Shown: positions 1 through 11,560, counted from the first letter of the stretch. The stretch: DNA of 64,000 bases from Haemophilus parainfluenzae (GCA_018369675.1 JAGZBU010000003.1:8234-72233); one strand, 5' to 3'. The notes: a model not told the origin generated them from the letters alone. Numbers and translations are program-made.

Positions 1-176
1 CTCTCTTTATTAAAGGTGGGCTTTCATCTTATATTAAACCTGAATATACAGAAATTATTCTAAAACAATTCCCGAATGCAACCTCGTTCACTATCAATGG
101 TTGTGGGCACTGGGTTCATGCAGAAAAACCTGATTTTGTGATACGTGCAATTGATAGGTTTCTAAATAAGAATTAA
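1..176 (+). CDS. 3' fragment of an alpha/beta-hydrolase esterase (YbfF-like); the N-terminus lies outside the window
   Basis: Frame +3 reads ...FTINGCGHWVHAEKPDFVIRAIDRFLNKN*, which matches the catalytic-His C-terminal motif of YbfF-type esterases. A stop codon lies at 174-176. In enterics ybfF is the neighbour of fldA-fur. Confidence 0.45.
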   Translation, partial: LFIKGGLSSYIKPEYTEIILKQFPNATSFTINGCGHWVHAEKPDFVIRAIDRFLNKN

Positions 177-183
177 TCGTTTT

Positions 184-223
184 AAATGAGAATTATTCTA
201 TTCAAATGAGAATTCATTTATGT
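184..223 (+). promoter_or_regulatory. AT-rich direct repeat (aaatgagaatt x2) with a Fur-box-like hexamer pattern, upstream of fldA-fur
   Basis: The sequence is tttaaatgagaattattctattcaaatgagaattcattta. It reads as an array of GATAAT-like hexamers immediately upstream of the fldA RBS. Confidence 0.3.
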
Positions 224-302
224 TATAGTTCGCACAAATTGTGGGGCTTTGATCCCTCATCTTTTTTCTACTCACCTAATTTTATTTCAAAAGGAAAGAA
301 CA

Positions 303-827
303 ATGGCAGTTGTCGGTTTATTTTACGGTAGTGACACAGGTAATACAGAAAACATTGCAAAAATGATTCAAAAGCAATTAGGTAACGAACTCGTTGATAT
401 TCGTGACATTGCAAAAAGCTCGAAAGAAGATATCGAAGGTTATGATTTTTTACTTTTCGGTATTCCGACTTGGTATTACGGTGAAGCACAAGCTGACTGG
501 GATGATTTTTTCCCAACCTTAGAAGAAATTGATTTTACTGACAAATTAGTGGGTATTTTTGGCTGTGGCGATCAGGAAGACTACGCAGATTACTTCTGTG
601 ATGCGATCGGTACAGTACGTGATATCGTTGAACCACGTGGTGCGATTATCGTGGGCAATTGGTCAACTGATGGTTACACCTTTGAAGCATCAAAAGCATT
701 ATTAGACGACGGAAACTTTATCGGTTTGTGTATCGATGAAGATCGTCAACCAGAACTCACAGCAGAACGTGTAGAGAAATGGACGAAACAAATCTACGAT
801 GAAATGTGTTTAGCAGAATTGGCTTAA
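303..827 (+). CDS. fldA: flavodoxin FldA
   Basis: The protein begins MAVVGLFYGSDTGNTE (the FMN-binding T/SxTGNT loop) and is about 175 aa. An AAGGAAAG RBS precedes the ATG at 303. The longer ORF track start at 249 is unlikely to be used. Confidence 0.9.
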   Translation: MAVVGLFYGSDTGNTENIAKMIQKQLGNELVDIRDIAKSSKEDIEGYDFLLFGIPTWYYGEAQADWDDFFPTLEEIDFTDKLVGIFGCGDQEDYADYFCDAIGTVRDIVEPRGAIIVGNWSTDGYTFEASKALLDDGNFIGLCIDEDRQPELTAERVEKWTKQIYDEMCLAELA

Positions 828-862
828 CCATCTCTATTTAGCAAATTAATTAAGGGAACATT

Positions 863-1297
863 ATGTCTGAAGAAAACATCAAATTACTCAAAAAAGCAGG
901 GTTGAAAATCACCGAACCCCGGCTGACTATCCTTGCGTTAATGCAAGAACATAAAAACGAGCATTTCTCAGCTGAAGAAGTGTATAAAATCTTGTTAGAA
1001 CAAGGTAGTGACATTGGTCTTGCAACTGTATATCGCGTGCTTAACCAATTTGATGAAGCACGTATTTTAATTCGTCATAATTTTGAAGGTAACAAGTCTG
1101 TTTTTGAACTTGCACCAACAGAACACCACGATCACATTATCTGTGAAGATTGCGGTAAGGTATTTGAGTTTACTGATAACATTATCGAACAGCGTCAAAA
1201 AGAAATCAGTGAGCAACATGGTATCAAATTAAAAGCACACAGTTTATACCTCTACGGTAAATGTAGCGATATCAACAAATGTGAAGAGAAAAAATAA
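863..1297 (+). CDS. fur: ferric uptake regulator Fur
   Basis: The gene encodes 144 aa with an N-terminal winged helix (LKKAGLKITEPRLTILALM) and the HHDH...CEDCG metal-site motifs. It lies immediately downstream of fldA, as in enterics and Haemophilus. Confidence 0.92.
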   Translation: MSEENIKLLKKAGLKITEPRLTILALMQEHKNEHFSAEEVYKILLEQGSDIGLATVYRVLNQFDEARILIRHNFEGNKSVFELAPTEHHDHIICEDCGKVFEFTDNIIEQRQKEISEQHGIKLKAHSLYLYGKCSDINKCEEKK

Positions 1298-1315
1298 TTC
1301 TTGCTAAAAAACAAA

Positions 1316-1346
1316 AACCTTAGACCCAACGCCTAAGGTTTTTTAT
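1316..1346 (+). terminator. Rho-independent terminator after fur
   Basis: The hairpin is CCTTAG-acccaacgc-CTAAGG, followed by TTTTTTATT. Confidence 0.45.
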
Positions 1347-1356
1347 TATCTCAATC

Positions 1357-1386
1357 AAAAGTGCGGTCAAAATTGACTGCACTTTT
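1357..1386. repeat. Inverted pair of uptake signal sequences (AAGTGCGGTCAAAATTGACTGCACTT)
   Basis: A perfect Hin-type USS core, AAGTGCGGT, is followed by a near-perfect inverted copy. The pair forms a hairpin between the convergent fur and argG genes. Confidence 0.7.
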
Positions 1387-1405
1387 TCCAATTTAAAAGA
1401 GAAAA

Positions 1406-2743
<1,338 letters not shown>

Positions 2744-2791
2744 TTATTTCCTTCATTGTGGTTATGGTGAGTAAGTCTTTAAAAAGCGCGG

Positions 2792-3622
2792 TCAAAAATC
2801 ACCGCACTTTTCTAACATATCATCGGGATTTGGATAACGATAAGAGAAGCCTAAATCTCGACAAATTTTATCTGCCATAATGATTCGTTTCGGATCCGAA
2901 TCACTACAATCGAATTGTGGTATGGATAAATCATAAAATACCGCTGCTTTTGTGTAATATTCTGCTCGAGTAGGATGAATTGGCGCGCAAAGATGGTAAG
3001 TTCGCAATCCATTTGGATTCATGAGTAAGGTAGTAATAGCTTGAATGCAATCCTCTAGATGCACCAAATTAACAGGTGAATTACCCTGTTTTAAATTTCG
3101 TTTTCCTGCTAAGAATTTAACCGGATGGCGTTGTTTCCCAATTAATCCTGCAAGTCGAAGAATATCGCAATGAGATATTTCTGATTGGAATAAATACTGC
3201 TCGGCTTGTATCAGTGTTTTACCAATTTCTGTTTCAGCTGAAAGTTGAGAACTTTCATCAAATTGCCTCGAGATATCAGGAAAAACAGAAGTTGAACTGG
3301 TAAAAATCAAGTGCTGTACACCTTGTTTCTTTGCTTGATTAGCTAAAAAAGCAAGATGTTCACAATACTGTTGAGAAGAAAAACGGCTAGGTGGTAAGGT
3401 GATAATGAGAGCATCTACATTAAAAAGAGTGCAAATATGGTCTGGTAAATGCTTTATTTCATCAGAAAGAGAAAAAGGATAAGTTTCAATACCTAGCTGA
3501 TGCAATTTTTGAGCATCCTCAGGGGATTGTTTTGATCCTTTTACACACCAACCAAGCTCTTTTAAGTGCAGCGCCAGCGGTAAGCCTAACCAACCTAAAC
3601 CAACTATTGCAACAGATTTCAT
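2792..3622 (-). CDS. NAD(P)-binding Rossmann-fold protein, YeeZ-like (epimerase/dehydratase-related)
   Basis: The gene encodes 276 aa. MKSVAIVGLGWLGLPLA (GxGxxG) plus ILRLAGLIGKQRHP...VNLVHLEDCIQAITTLL are collinear with E. coli YeeZ, from memory. Confidence 0.65.
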   Translation of the reverse strand: MKSVAIVGLGWLGLPLALHLKELGWCVKGSKQSPEDAQKLHQLGIETYPFSLSDEIKHLPDHICTLFNVDALIITLPPSRFSSQQYCEHLAFLANQAKKQGVQHLIFTSSTSVFPDISRQFDESSQLSAETEIGKTLIQAEQYLFQSEISHCDILRLAGLIGKQRHPVKFLAGKRNLKQGNSPVNLVHLEDCIQAITTLLMNPNGLRTYHLCAPIHPTRAEYYTKAAVFYDLSIPQFDCSDSDPKRIIMADKICRDLGFSYRYPNPDDMLEKCGDF

Positions 3623-3694
3623 ACTCTTTTATTTACAATATTTTATCCATAAAAATCCCTGCCATTCTAAAGCATAGCAGGGAGTTTGTTAATG

Positions 3695-4564
3695 TTATTT
3701 TGTTAATAAATCCAACGCCTCTTGATATTTAGCAACTGTTTTTTCAATCACTTCTTTTGGTACTTTAGGCGCTGGCGGTTGTTTATCCCAACCACTTTGC
3801 TCTAACCAATCTCGTACAAATTGCTTATCAAATGAGGGCGGATTTGTTCCTTCTTTATAAGTATCAACTGACCAAAAACGACTAGAATCTGGTGTTAATA
3901 CCTCATCCATTAAAGTGAGCGTACCATTTTCATCTAAACCAAATTCAAATTTAGTATCACAAATAATAATGCCTTTAGTCAGCGCATATTTGGCAGCCTC
4001 AGTATAAAGTGCAATCGCTTTTTCTCTGACTTGTGCCGCTAACTCTGCGCCAATTGCTTTTTCACATTCTTCATAGCTAATATTGATATCGTGATTGCCC
4101 ACTTCTTCTTTGCTTGATGGTGTGAAAATCGGCTCTGGTAATTTACTTGCCTCAACTAATCCTTCTGGTAATTTCAAACCACAAATGGTGCCCGTTTGCT
4201 TATAATCTTTTAGCCCGCTACCCGTTAAATAACCACGCACGATAGATTCAATTTTTATTGGTTTCAAACGCTTACATACCACTGCACGATCTTTCACTAA
4301 ATCAGCTTCTTCTTTTGGTAACACATCATAAACTGAATCGCTAGTAAAATGAGTCGGCATAATATGGGCTAACTTATTGAACCAAAAATTGGAAATTTGA
4401 GTCAGAATTTCCCCTTTGCGTGGAATAGGATCATCTAAAATCACATCAAATGCAGACAAACGGTCACTGGCGACCATTAACATCCGTTTATCATCGATCT
4501 CATAAAGATCACGCACTTTTCCCGAATAGATTTTTTTTAGACTAAGTTGTGTCATTGCTTGCAC
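3695..4564 (-). CDS. purC: phosphoribosylaminoimidazole-succinocarboxamide synthase (SAICAR synthetase)
   Basis: The gene encodes 289 aa and contains the characteristic [15 protein letters not shown]...[11 protein letters not shown] motif. Confidence 0.92.
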   Translation of the reverse strand: MQAMTQLSLKKIYSGKVRDLYEIDDKRMLMVASDRLSAFDVILDDPIPRKGEILTQISNFWFNKLAHIMPTHFTSDSVYDVLPKEEADLVKDRAVVCKRLKPIKIESIVRGYLTGSGLKDYKQTGTICGLKLPEGLVEASKLPEPIFTPSSKEEVGNHDINISYEECEKAIGAELAAQVREKAIALYTEAAKYALTKGIIICDTKFEFGLDENGTLTLMDEVLTPDSSRFWSVDTYKEGTNPPSFDKQFVRDWLEQSGWDKQPPAPKVPKEVIEKTVAKYQEALDLLTK

Positions 4565-4612
4565 CTTTTATTATAAGAATAAAAAATCGGCACGTATTAT
4601 ACCTCATTTCTT

Positions 4613-4628
4613 ACGCAAACGTTTGCTT
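4613..4628. promoter_or_regulatory. PurR box upstream of purC
   Basis: ACGCAAACGTTTGCTT matches the PurR operator consensus ACGCAAACGTTTGCGT at 15 of 16 positions. It lies about 50 bp upstream of the purC start. Confidence 0.6.
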
Positions 4629-4774
4629 TTTTATCAAAAATTTTTAAAGAAAAGAAATTACAGAGTCATACACCTAAATAAGCTATAGATAACAAAAGAA
4701 AAACAATTTAATTTGAGCTCAATCTGAAAATCAGCGACAATACACCATTATTTAAAACAGAAGAAACAAGACAA

Positions 4775-6358
4775 ATGAGTTATCCATTAGAAGAAGTGAA
4801 TAAACGTCGCACATTTGCGATTATTTCCCACCCTGACGCGGGTAAAACCACCATCACCGAAAAAGTATTGTTATACGGCAATGCCATTCAAAAAGCAGGC
4901 TCAGTAAAAGGTAAAGGCTCTGCACAACATGCAAAATCTGACTGGATGGAAATGGAAAAACAACGTGGTATTTCCATTACGACTTCCGTGATGCAATTCC
5001 CTTACAATGAGTGCTTAGTGAATTTATTGGATACGCCGGGGCATGAGGATTTCTCGGAAGATACCTACCGTACTTTGACGGCTGTGGATAGCTGCTTAAT
5101 GGTTATCGATTCTGCAAAAGGGGTTGAAGAACGTACCATTAAATTAATGGAAGTGACCCGTTTACGCGATACGCCAATTATCACTTTCATGAATAAACTT
5201 GACCGTGATATCCGTGATCCAATGGAATTATTAGATGAAGTGGAAAGCATATTAAAAATCCATTGTGCGCCAATTACTTGGCCGATTGGTTGCGGTAAAT
5301 TGTTTAAAGGGGTTTATCATTTATATAAAGATGAAACCTATCTTTATCAAAGTGGACAAGGCTCTACTATTCAAGAAGTACGAATCGTGAAAGGCTTAAA
5401 TAGCCCTGAATTAGACGCTGCCGTAGGTGATGACTTAGCCCAACAACTGCGTGATGAATTAGAGCTAGTAAAAGGTGCAAGTAATGAATTTGATTTAGAT
5501 TTATTCTTAAGTGGTGAATTGACGCCTGTCTTTTTTGGTACTGCATTAGGTAACTTCGGTGTCGATCATTTCTTAGATGGTTTAACCGAATGGGCACCTG
5601 CACCACAAGCTCGTCAAGCTGATACCCGTAAGGTTTCAGCAGAAGAAGAAAAATTCACTGGTTTCGTGTTTAAAATCCAAGCTAACATGGATCCAAAACA
5701 CCGCGACCGCGTGGCTTTCCTACGCGTAGTTTCTGGCAAATATGAAAAAGGCATGAAACTTAAACACGTGCGTATTGGTAAAGATGTGGTTATTTCTGAT
5801 GCGCTCACCTTTATGGCGGGAGATCGTACCCATGCCGATGAGGCCTATGCTGGTGATATTATCGGCTTACACAATCATGGCACAATTCAAATTGGCGATA
5901 CCTTCACACAAGGTGAAGATCTGAAATTTACCGGCATTCCAAACTTTGCCCCTGAATTATTCCGTCGCATTCGTTTGAAAGATCCGCTTAAACAAAAACA
6001 ATTGTTGAAAGGCTTAGTACAACTTTCTGAAGAAGGTGCTGTGCAAGTATTCCGTCCATTAAGCAATAATGATTTGATTGTTGGCGCGGTCGGTGTATTA
6101 CAGTTTGACGTGGTTGTTTCGCGTTTGAAATCTGAATATAACGTTGAAGCCATTTACGAAACGGTCAACGTCGCAACGGCTCGTTGGGTGGAATGTGCGG
6201 ATAACAAAAAATTTGAAGAGTTCAAACGTAAAAATGAGCAAAACCTAGCATTAGATGGTGGGGATAATCTCACTTATATCGCACCGACTATGGTAAACCT
6301 AAACCTTGCACAAGAACGTTATCCTGATGTGACCTTCTTTAAAACAAGGGAACATTAA
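4775..6358 (+). CDS. prfC: peptide chain release factor 3 (GTPase)
   Basis: The gene encodes 527 aa. It has [16 protein letters not shown] (G1), DTPGHEDF (G3) and NKLD (G4). Confidence 0.93.
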   Translation: MSYPLEEVNKRRTFAIISHPDAGKTTITEKVLLYGNAIQKAGSVKGKGSAQHAKSDWMEMEKQRGISITTSVMQFPYNECLVNLLDTPGHEDFSEDTYRTLTAVDSCLMVIDSAKGVEERTIKLMEVTRLRDTPIITFMNKLDRDIRDPMELLDEVESILKIHCAPITWPIGCGKLFKGVYHLYKDETYLYQSGQGSTIQEVRIVKGLNSPELDAAVGDDLAQQLRDELELVKGASNEFDLDLFLSGELTPVFFGTALGNFGVDHFLDGLTEWAPAPQARQADTRKVSAEEEKFTGFVFKIQANMDPKHRDRVAFLRVVSGKYEKGMKLKHVRIGKDVVISDALTFMAGDRTHADEAYAGDIIGLHNHGTIQIGDTFTQGEDLKFTGIPNFAPELFRRIRLKDPLKQKQLLKGLVQLSEEGAVQVFRPLSNNDLIVGAVGVLQFDVVVSRLKSEYNVEAIYETVNVATARWVECADNKKFEEFKRKNEQNLALDGGDNLTYIAPTMVNLNLAQERYPDVTFFKTREH

Positions 6359-6368
6359 TTGCAATACG

Positions 6369-6408
6369 AAGTGCGGTCAAAATTTATAGTGAATTAAGTA
6401 CCGCACTT
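6369..6408. repeat. USS inverted pair acting as the prfC terminator
   Basis: The pair is AAGTGCGGTCAAAATTT...GTACCGCACTTT. Confidence 0.65.
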
Positions 6409-6421
6409 TATGAGAAATAAA

Positions 6422-6838
6422 ATGAAAAAACGACACTTCATCTGTATCGTTCTTATACTAGTTGTTGCATTCAGCTGGCGATGGCGTAATGTTTGTCGAG
6501 ATATGGAATATTCGATGAACTCGACTAATCATTGTGTAAACCACAGTTTTCCAAAATTCAAGCGTAATATTTCTGTTTGTGCAGGTTTCATTCCTAATGG
6601 GTTTTCACTTAATTTGGGTTATCGTGCCACAGTTTTTGTGTTTGATCTTAATAAGAATTTGCTTGGCTTTTACGATCTTGGCGAAGAATACATGGATGGA
6701 ATAGGAGATAAGTCTGGTCCATACGTCGATGAAGACACTTTTGATCTTGGCTTACTGGGACAAGGTAGTGAATTTGATACAACACCATGGTTTCATCGCC
6801 GATTAGAAGCAAAACTTATCGAGAGAATGTGTAAATAA
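6422..6838 (+). CDS. hypothetical protein with an N-terminal hydrophobic or signal-like segment (the ORF track gives an alternative start at 6410)
   Basis: It is an intact 138-142 aa ORF. The sequence MKKRHFICIVLILVVAFSWRW is followed by a Cys, Asn and Gly-rich region. I recognise no domain, so coding status is uncertain. Confidence 0.3.
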   Translation: MKKRHFICIVLILVVAFSWRWRNVCRDMEYSMNSTNHCVNHSFPKFKRNISVCAGFIPNGFSLNLGYRATVFVFDLNKNLLGFYDLGEEYMDGIGDKSGPYVDEDTFDLGLLGQGSEFDTTPWFHRRLEAKLIERMCK

Positions 6839-6914
6839 TATTTTAAACAAAAATAAAACAAAGTGCGGTTAAATTTAATCGCATTTTTTATACAAAAGAA
6901 ATTGAAAAATAAGA

Positions 6915-6989
6915 TGGCTGGGGTACTAGGATTCGAACCTAGGGATGCCGAGATCAAAACCCGGTGCCTTACCGCTTGGCGATACCCCA
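6915..6989 (-). tRNA. glnU/V-like: tRNA-Gln (UUG)
   Basis: The reverse complement reads UGGGGUAUCGCCAAGCGGUAAGGCACCGGGUUUUGAUCUCGG...GGUUCGAAUCCUAGUACCCCAGCCA. Anticodon loop UUUUGAU gives UUG. The T-loop GGTTCGAATCC and a CCA end are present. Confidence 0.9.
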
Positions 6990-7036
6990 ACTGAAATTCT
7001 TTGATTGGAAATAAAGAAGATTTTATTTAGATAGTA

Positions 7037-7111
7037 TGGCTGGGGTACTAGGATTCGAACCTAGGGATGCCGAGATCAAAACCCGGTGCCTTACCGCTTG
7101 GCGATACCCCA
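7037..7111 (-). tRNA. tRNA-Gln (UUG), second identical copy
   Basis: It is an exact duplicate of the 6915-6989 sequence, about 47 bp upstream. Confidence 0.9.
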
Positions 7112-7138
7112 ACTACTATTTGACTGCAAGCTGATAAA

Positions 7139-7224
7139 TGGTGCGGGACGAGGGACTTGAACCCACACACCTCTCGGCGCCAGAACCTAAATCTGGTGCG
7201 TCTACCAATTTCGCCAGTCCCGCA
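7139..7224 (-). tRNA. leuW-like: tRNA-Leu (UAG), class II with a long variable arm
   Basis: The reverse complement reads GCGGGACUGGCGAAAUUGGUAGACGCACCAGAUUUAGGUUCUGG...GGUUCAAGUCCCUCGUCCCGCACCA, which resembles E. coli leuW. Confidence 0.85.
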
Positions 7225-7228
7225 AACT

Positions 7229-7305
7229 TGGTGGCTACAGCGAGATTCGAACTTGCGACCCCAACATTATGAGTGTTGTGCTCTAACCAACTGAGCTATG
7301 TAGCC
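7229..7305 (-). tRNA. metT-like: tRNA-Met (CAU), elongator type
   Basis: The reverse complement reads GGCUACAUAGCUCAGUUGGUUAGAGCACAACACUCAUAAUGUUGGGGUCGCAAGUUCGAAUCUCGCUGUAGCCACCA. The Met-Leu-Gln-Gln order mirrors the E. coli metT operon. Confidence 0.85.
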
Positions 7306-7337
7306 ATCATTTGCTTTACCTTATCGGCTTTGCGGGG

Positions 7338-7372
7338 CGTATTATCCTGATTTGACCTATTCTCGTCAATCA
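7338..7372 (-). promoter_or_regulatory. sigma70 promoter of the tRNA operon, with a GC-rich (stringent-type) discriminator
   Basis: The minus strand reads TTGACG-17 nt-GATAAT-ACGCCCC. An A/T-rich UP-like tract lies upstream, 30-40 nt before tRNA-Met. Confidence 0.5.
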
Positions 7373-7428
7373 TTTTTTTGCAAAAAACGGATTTTTTGAT
7401 TTAGTTGATTATAAATAAAACGCTTTTG

Positions 7429-8172
7429 CTATTTTTTGTTCACATCAAGAACGGAGATCATTCCAACAAAACGCTTCCAATGCAAGGTGTTAAATTGCCC
7501 TGGAATGTACCAATTAGATATTGTTCCATCAAGATATAAGGCGTCATGACAACCTATTTTCAGCAAACCTTGGCTTAAGGTATAAAGGTTAGGCTCACCT
7601 TTTATCGTCATCAAGAAAAGTAATTCATTTTGCTTCGTCAAACACACTGCATTGCGCTTATGATAGCTTTCTAGGCTAGCTCGAAATTGCGGATTCATTT
7701 TTCCATGAATAATCAACATCGGGCCTGATTGCAATGCAAAATCTGGTTTGAGTTTGCTTTTTTGATACGCAGCGGTTGTTAAAATATAGGGTTTATTTCC
7801 AGCAATGGCAAACACGCCATTAGGCTGCACATGGAAATTACCCTTACCTGATTTTGTATTTAACGCATTGAGCTCTTTTCCTTGCTCAATCCATAATCCT
7901 GCAGGCACATTATTCATGCTATAAATGCCTGCATTCATGACCATTTTCACGTTATAGCTATCTTCTAGGGCATTTTTGAGGCGCGTTAAACTTTGATAAT
8001 CGTTACCTTCAGCATCTTTCCAATGTAGCTGCACTTCTTCAGGTTTAGCTTGGAAAATCCCGTAAGTAATATTGCCATCATTAAAGGTTCGATATTCAGC
8101 TAGGGCTGATACACTCATCAGTAGCGATGAGCCACCTAAAAGTGCGGTCAAAAATCTAATCGTTTTTTTCAT
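7429..8172 (-). CDS. exported protein, phosphodiester glycosidase (DUF2233/NAGPA-like) family
   Basis: A signal peptide [25 protein letters not shown] is present. The C-terminal [12 protein letters not shown] resembles the xLNLDGGGSS motif of DUF2233. The gene overlaps the hemA stop by 17 nt. Confidence 0.45.
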   Translation of the reverse strand: MKKTIRFLTALLGGSSLLMSVSALAEYRTFNDGNITYGIFQAKPEEVQLHWKDAEGNDYQSLTRLKNALEDSYNVKMVMNAGIYSMNNVPAGLWIEQGKELNALNTKSGKGNFHVQPNGVFAIAGNKPYILTTAAYQKSKLKPDFALQSGPMLIIHGKMNPQFRASLESYHKRNAVCLTKQNELLFLMTIKGEPNLYTLSQGLLKIGCHDALYLDGTISNWYIPGQFNTLHWKRFVGMISVLDVNKK

Positions 8173-9478
8173 TTAAAGGATGGGTTAAATGCAAAGCATT
8201 GGAAAAGGCATGCAAACCTTCCGCATTACCGGATTTCATCATGGCTTGCATGGTTTGGGTTGGTGCATGAATGAGTTTATTCATTAATTTATAACTTAAT
8301 TCTTGCAAAATTTTTTCAGCATTCTCACCTTGTTGAATTTGGTGTAAGGCTTTTTCGAGTAATTCTTGTCGAGTATTCTCCGCTTCATCACGATAATGAC
8401 GAATCAAATTAGAGAACTGATGAACCTTCAACCACTCGAAGAAATCCGTGCATTCTTGTGTAATGATGTCTTGCGCTTGCTCTGATGCTTGCTCACGTTG
8501 AGAAAGATTGCGTTGAATAATATCTTGCAAATCATCTACGGTGTAATGATACACACTTTCTAATTCCGAGACGTTTTCATCAATATCACGCGGCACCGCA
8601 ATATCCACCATCAAAGTCGGTTTAAATTGGCGTGCTTTTTCCGCAATTTCAGCCATTGCTTTGGTGATTAAAACATTCGGACTGCCTGTTGAGCTGATAA
8701 CAATATCCGCTTGATTTAGTGGTGTTTGCAACTCATCGAGAGAATACACTTCTATCGGTGTATTAGATGCTAAGTTTTCCACCAACTGTTCAGCGCGAGA
8801 TAAAGTGCGGTTAGCAATCATCAATTTTTTTACACCATGGCGTAATAAATGACGGCTTACCAATTCAATGGTTTCCCCTGCCCCAACGAGCAAAATTTGT
8901 AATTCACGTAAAGATTCAAAAATTTGACGTGCCAAACTACAAGCTGCATAAGCCACCGATACAGCGCTTTCACCAATATTGGTTTCAGTGCGTACACGTT
9001 TTGCTGTAGCAAAGGTTTTTTGGAACAAACGAGAAAGCGTGCTTGAAAGCGGAATATTCGCCGCTTGATAATAATCTTCACTGATTTGGAACGCTTGTTT
9101 CACCTGTCCTAAAATTTGCGGCTCACCCAAAATTAATGAATCCAAACCACAGGCCACTCGCATTAAATGATTCGCTGCTTGTTGATTTTGATGTGTGTAA
9201 ATACTCTTATTTAATTCATCGACAGAAAGCTGATGAATATTAGCAAACCAATTTGTACAGTTCGTTTGCCATTGCTTACACTCTTGGGGTGAAATTTGAC
9301 GATGGTGAAGATAAATCTCTGTACGGTTACAGGTAGAAAGAATAACCGCACTTTCTGCCAAATCTTGTTGGTGAATTTGTTGTAAGGCAAGCTGCCGCTT
9401 TTCTTCAGAAAAAGCGACTTTCTCACGAACAGCAACAGAAGCTGTTTTATGATTAATGCCAAGAACAAGAAGGGTCAT
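8156..9478 (-). CDS. hemA: glutamyl-tRNA reductase
   Basis: The gene encodes 440 aa and begins [23 protein letters not shown]. It contains the NAD-binding [11 protein letters not shown] segment. Confidence 0.93.
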   Translation of the reverse strand: MTLLVLGINHKTASVAVREKVAFSEEKRQLALQQIHQQDLAESAVILSTCNRTEIYLHHRQISPQECKQWQTNCTNWFANIHQLSVDELNKSIYTHQNQQAANHLMRVACGLDSLILGEPQILGQVKQAFQISEDYYQAANIPLSSTLSRLFQKTFATAKRVRTETNIGESAVSVAYAACSLARQIFESLRELQILLVGAGETIELVSRHLLRHGVKKLMIANRTLSRAEQLVENLASNTPIEVYSLDELQTPLNQADIVISSTGSPNVLITKAMAEIAEKARQFKPTLMVDIAVPRDIDENVSELESVYHYTVDDLQDIIQRNLSQREQASEQAQDIITQECTDFFEWLKVHQFSNLIRHYRDEAENTRQELLEKALHQIQQGENAEKILQELSYKLMNKLIHAPTQTMQAMMKSGNAEGLHAFSNALHLTHPLNEKND

Positions 9479-9613
9479 AAAAACCTAATAAAAACAACCG
9501 CACTTTTATGAATAGGCGGCTTAAGTAGAAAGTAAAAGTTTCGCTATTTTAATGAATTGTTGAGAATTGAGCAAATTTCAAGAGAAAAAACTCAAATAAA
9601 TAACTAAAACGAG

Positions 9614-10315
9614 TTAAAACTTATCTTTAGCTAAACGCCATTGTGTAAATTCGTCTAAATTTTTTGCTTGTAAAAACGGGTTAATTTGTTTCTCTAATCC
9701 AATTGTTGTCGGCAAACTCGGCTTGCCCTCTGCCCGATAACGCTCCACTAAAACACGTTGATTTTCAATCGCACTTTTATCTGTCAATACGGTTTCCGCA
9801 AAAGCTAAATTGCCCAGCGTATATTCATGAGCCGGGCAAACCACGGTTTCATCTGGTAATTGGTTAAAACGTTGCATAGATTCAAACATTTGAGCAAAAT
9901 TTCCCGTGAATACGCGTCCACAACCACCAGAAAATAACGCATCACCGCAAAATAGATGCCCATCCACCAAATAACTGACATGCCCTGCCGTATGACCACC
10001 GCTTGGCAAAACTTCAATATGATAATGTGCCGTATTAATCACACCACTATCCACGATATTGGTTGCCCCTTTATTTGCACATTCTGTTGGACCGAAAACA
10101 GGCACATTGGGATAATACTGCTTAAACTCCGCGACACCTTGCACATGATCATCATGATTATGGGTTAATAACACCGCTTCTACGTCTAACTTATTCGATT
10201 CTAAATACGGAATTAAACGGGTTATTTCTGGGATATCGATCACAATTACGGGGAAATTTTCTCGTCTATAAAGCCAAATATAGTTATCATTGAGTGCAGG
10301 AATAGGAACTAGCAT
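9614..10315 (-). CDS. gloB: hydroxyacylglutathione hydrolase (glyoxalase II)
   Basis: The gene encodes 233 aa. It has the metallo-beta-lactamase motif [10 protein letters not shown] and the [11 protein letters not shown] segment. Confidence 0.9.
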   Translation of the reverse strand: MLVPIPALNDNYIWLYRRENFPVIVIDIPEITRLIPYLESNKLDVEAVLLTHNHDDHVQGVAEFKQYYPNVPVFGPTECANKGATNIVDSGVINTAHYHIEVLPSGGHTAGHVSYLVDGHLFCGDALFSGGCGRVFTGNFAQMFESMQRFNQLPDETVVCPAHEYTLGNLAFAETVLTDKSAIENQRVLVERYRAEGKPSLPTTIGLEKQINPFLQAKNLDEFTQWRLAKDKF

Positions 10316-10325
10316 AAATTACCTT

Positions 10326-11042
10326 ATGAAAATAGGATTAACATTGAATTGGAAAGCCAAATGGCACAAACCACTTCTTTCACCTGAAAGTTGGCAAGCG
10401 TTACCACAAGGTGGAGCCTATTGTAACGTATTAACACATTATTTTGCCCAATGGACACCAAAAATTTTAGGCTATCAAGTTCTGAAAGTCGGTGCCTTAA
10501 GTGGCGAAATTGCCTTTGACTTGCCTTTACGCCATCAAATTGTGCTAGCTGAAAAAACAACACATTTTCCCACCGCACTTTTAAATGAAAGTGATAGCTT
10601 GCTCCAAGCATCGCCATTAGCCTTGCCTTTTATTGAAAAAGAAATGGATGCCTGCTTATTGGCAAACACCTTAAATTTTGCGCAAGACCCTCATCAAATA
10701 TTACGTGAAGCACATCGTGTTTTAAAGGATGACGGCTGGATGTTCATCACATTATTTAATCCAATGAGTCCATTACTTTTCAAATCCAAATTAGGTGAGT
10801 TTAAATTCCGACAATATGCTACTTGGCGAGTGGTTGACTGGCTATCATTATTAAATTTTGATGTGATTGCAGAAGAAAGACTATCCATAAAACAAGAAAA
10901 GAGCACGCTCTGCTCTCCGCTCAGTGTTATCGTCGCCCAAAAACGAACTTATCCGTTAACACTGAATCCGGAGAAAGCACGGTCAAAAATGCCGGCGTTT
11001 TTAGAGCCGGCAGGTGCATTTAAAGAAATCAGAACAGAATGA
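10326..11042 (+). CDS. yafS: class I SAM-dependent methyltransferase, YafS-like
   Basis: It is divergent from gloB, as in E. coli. Conserved C-terminal blocks are LLREAHRVLKDDGWMFI and DWLSLLNFDV...RTYPLTLNP. The start is taken at MKIGL; the ORF track begins earlier at a TTG. Confidence 0.6.
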   Translation: MKIGLTLNWKAKWHKPLLSPESWQALPQGGAYCNVLTHYFAQWTPKILGYQVLKVGALSGEIAFDLPLRHQIVLAEKTTHFPTALLNESDSLLQASPLALPFIEKEMDACLLANTLNFAQDPHQILREAHRVLKDDGWMFITLFNPMSPLLFKSKLGEFKFRQYATWRVVDWLSLLNFDVIAEERLSIKQEKSTLCSPLSVIVAQKRTYPLTLNPEKARSKMPAFLEPAGAFKEIRTE

Positions 11043-11381
11043 TTATTCTGTCACTTCTTTGATTACTGCTGAAGATGCATTATTCATTACAGACTCAACG
11101 CCTTTTTCTGCTGCAGCTTGAGAAGAATAATATTGGCTACGGCCAATTTCTTGGTGGTTAGCCGCTTTTAAAATGAAGTAAGGTTTGTCATTTTTCGCTA
11201 CGCGATATTCAAAGTTTTTCGCATCCACACCATTTTTTTGTACTGAAGCAATACCGTTTTCAGCTGATGCTTTTGTTTTATAAAGTTCGCTAGTTAAAAT
11301 AACTTGTCCGTTTGCTGCTTTTAAGTTGAACATAAATTGTCCGTCTTTAGCCACTTTTAATTCATAAAATCCTTGAGCCAT
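11043..11381 (-). CDS. YegP/UPF0339 (DUF1508) family protein, two tandem domains
   Basis: It begins MAQGFYELKVAKDGQFMFNLKAANGQVILTSELYKTKASAENGIASV. A second half, FEYRVAKNDKPYFILKAANHQEIGRSQYYSSQAAAEKGVESV, repeats the same pattern. Confidence 0.6.
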   Translation of the reverse strand: MAQGFYELKVAKDGQFMFNLKAANGQVILTSELYKTKASAENGIASVQKNGVDAKNFEYRVAKNDKPYFILKAANHQEIGRSQYYSSQAAAEKGVESVMNNASSAVIKEVTE

Positions 11382-11560
11382 AATGTCTCCCAATTGATTG
11401 ATTTGTTTATAATTTTACCTACACAGAAAATGCCTTTCTGCGCCAGGCTAATTTACCCTTAAAAATAAAGGAAAACAAGAGCTAAAGCGTATAAATTTTA
11501 TGCTTGATTAGCCCACTAAACTCCCCTATGATGCGGGAGCTTTTTATAACAGGAACAATT

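Noticed and set aside
268-516. An 82-aa antisense ORF inside fldA, and many similar 60-110-aa ORFs antisense to or nested in fur, prfC, hemA, gyrA, aceE, recC, ydiJ and valS.
   Set aside because: They lie entirely within well-supported longer genes on the opposite strand or in another frame. They have no RBS and no recognisable domains. They are expected by-products of six-frame translation.
6915-7305. A tRNA cluster as a possible genomic-island integration site.
   Set aside because: No integrase, direct repeat of a tRNA 3' end, or compositionally distinct DNA flanks the cluster. Only a single small orphan ORF sits next to it, which is reported separately as a finding.
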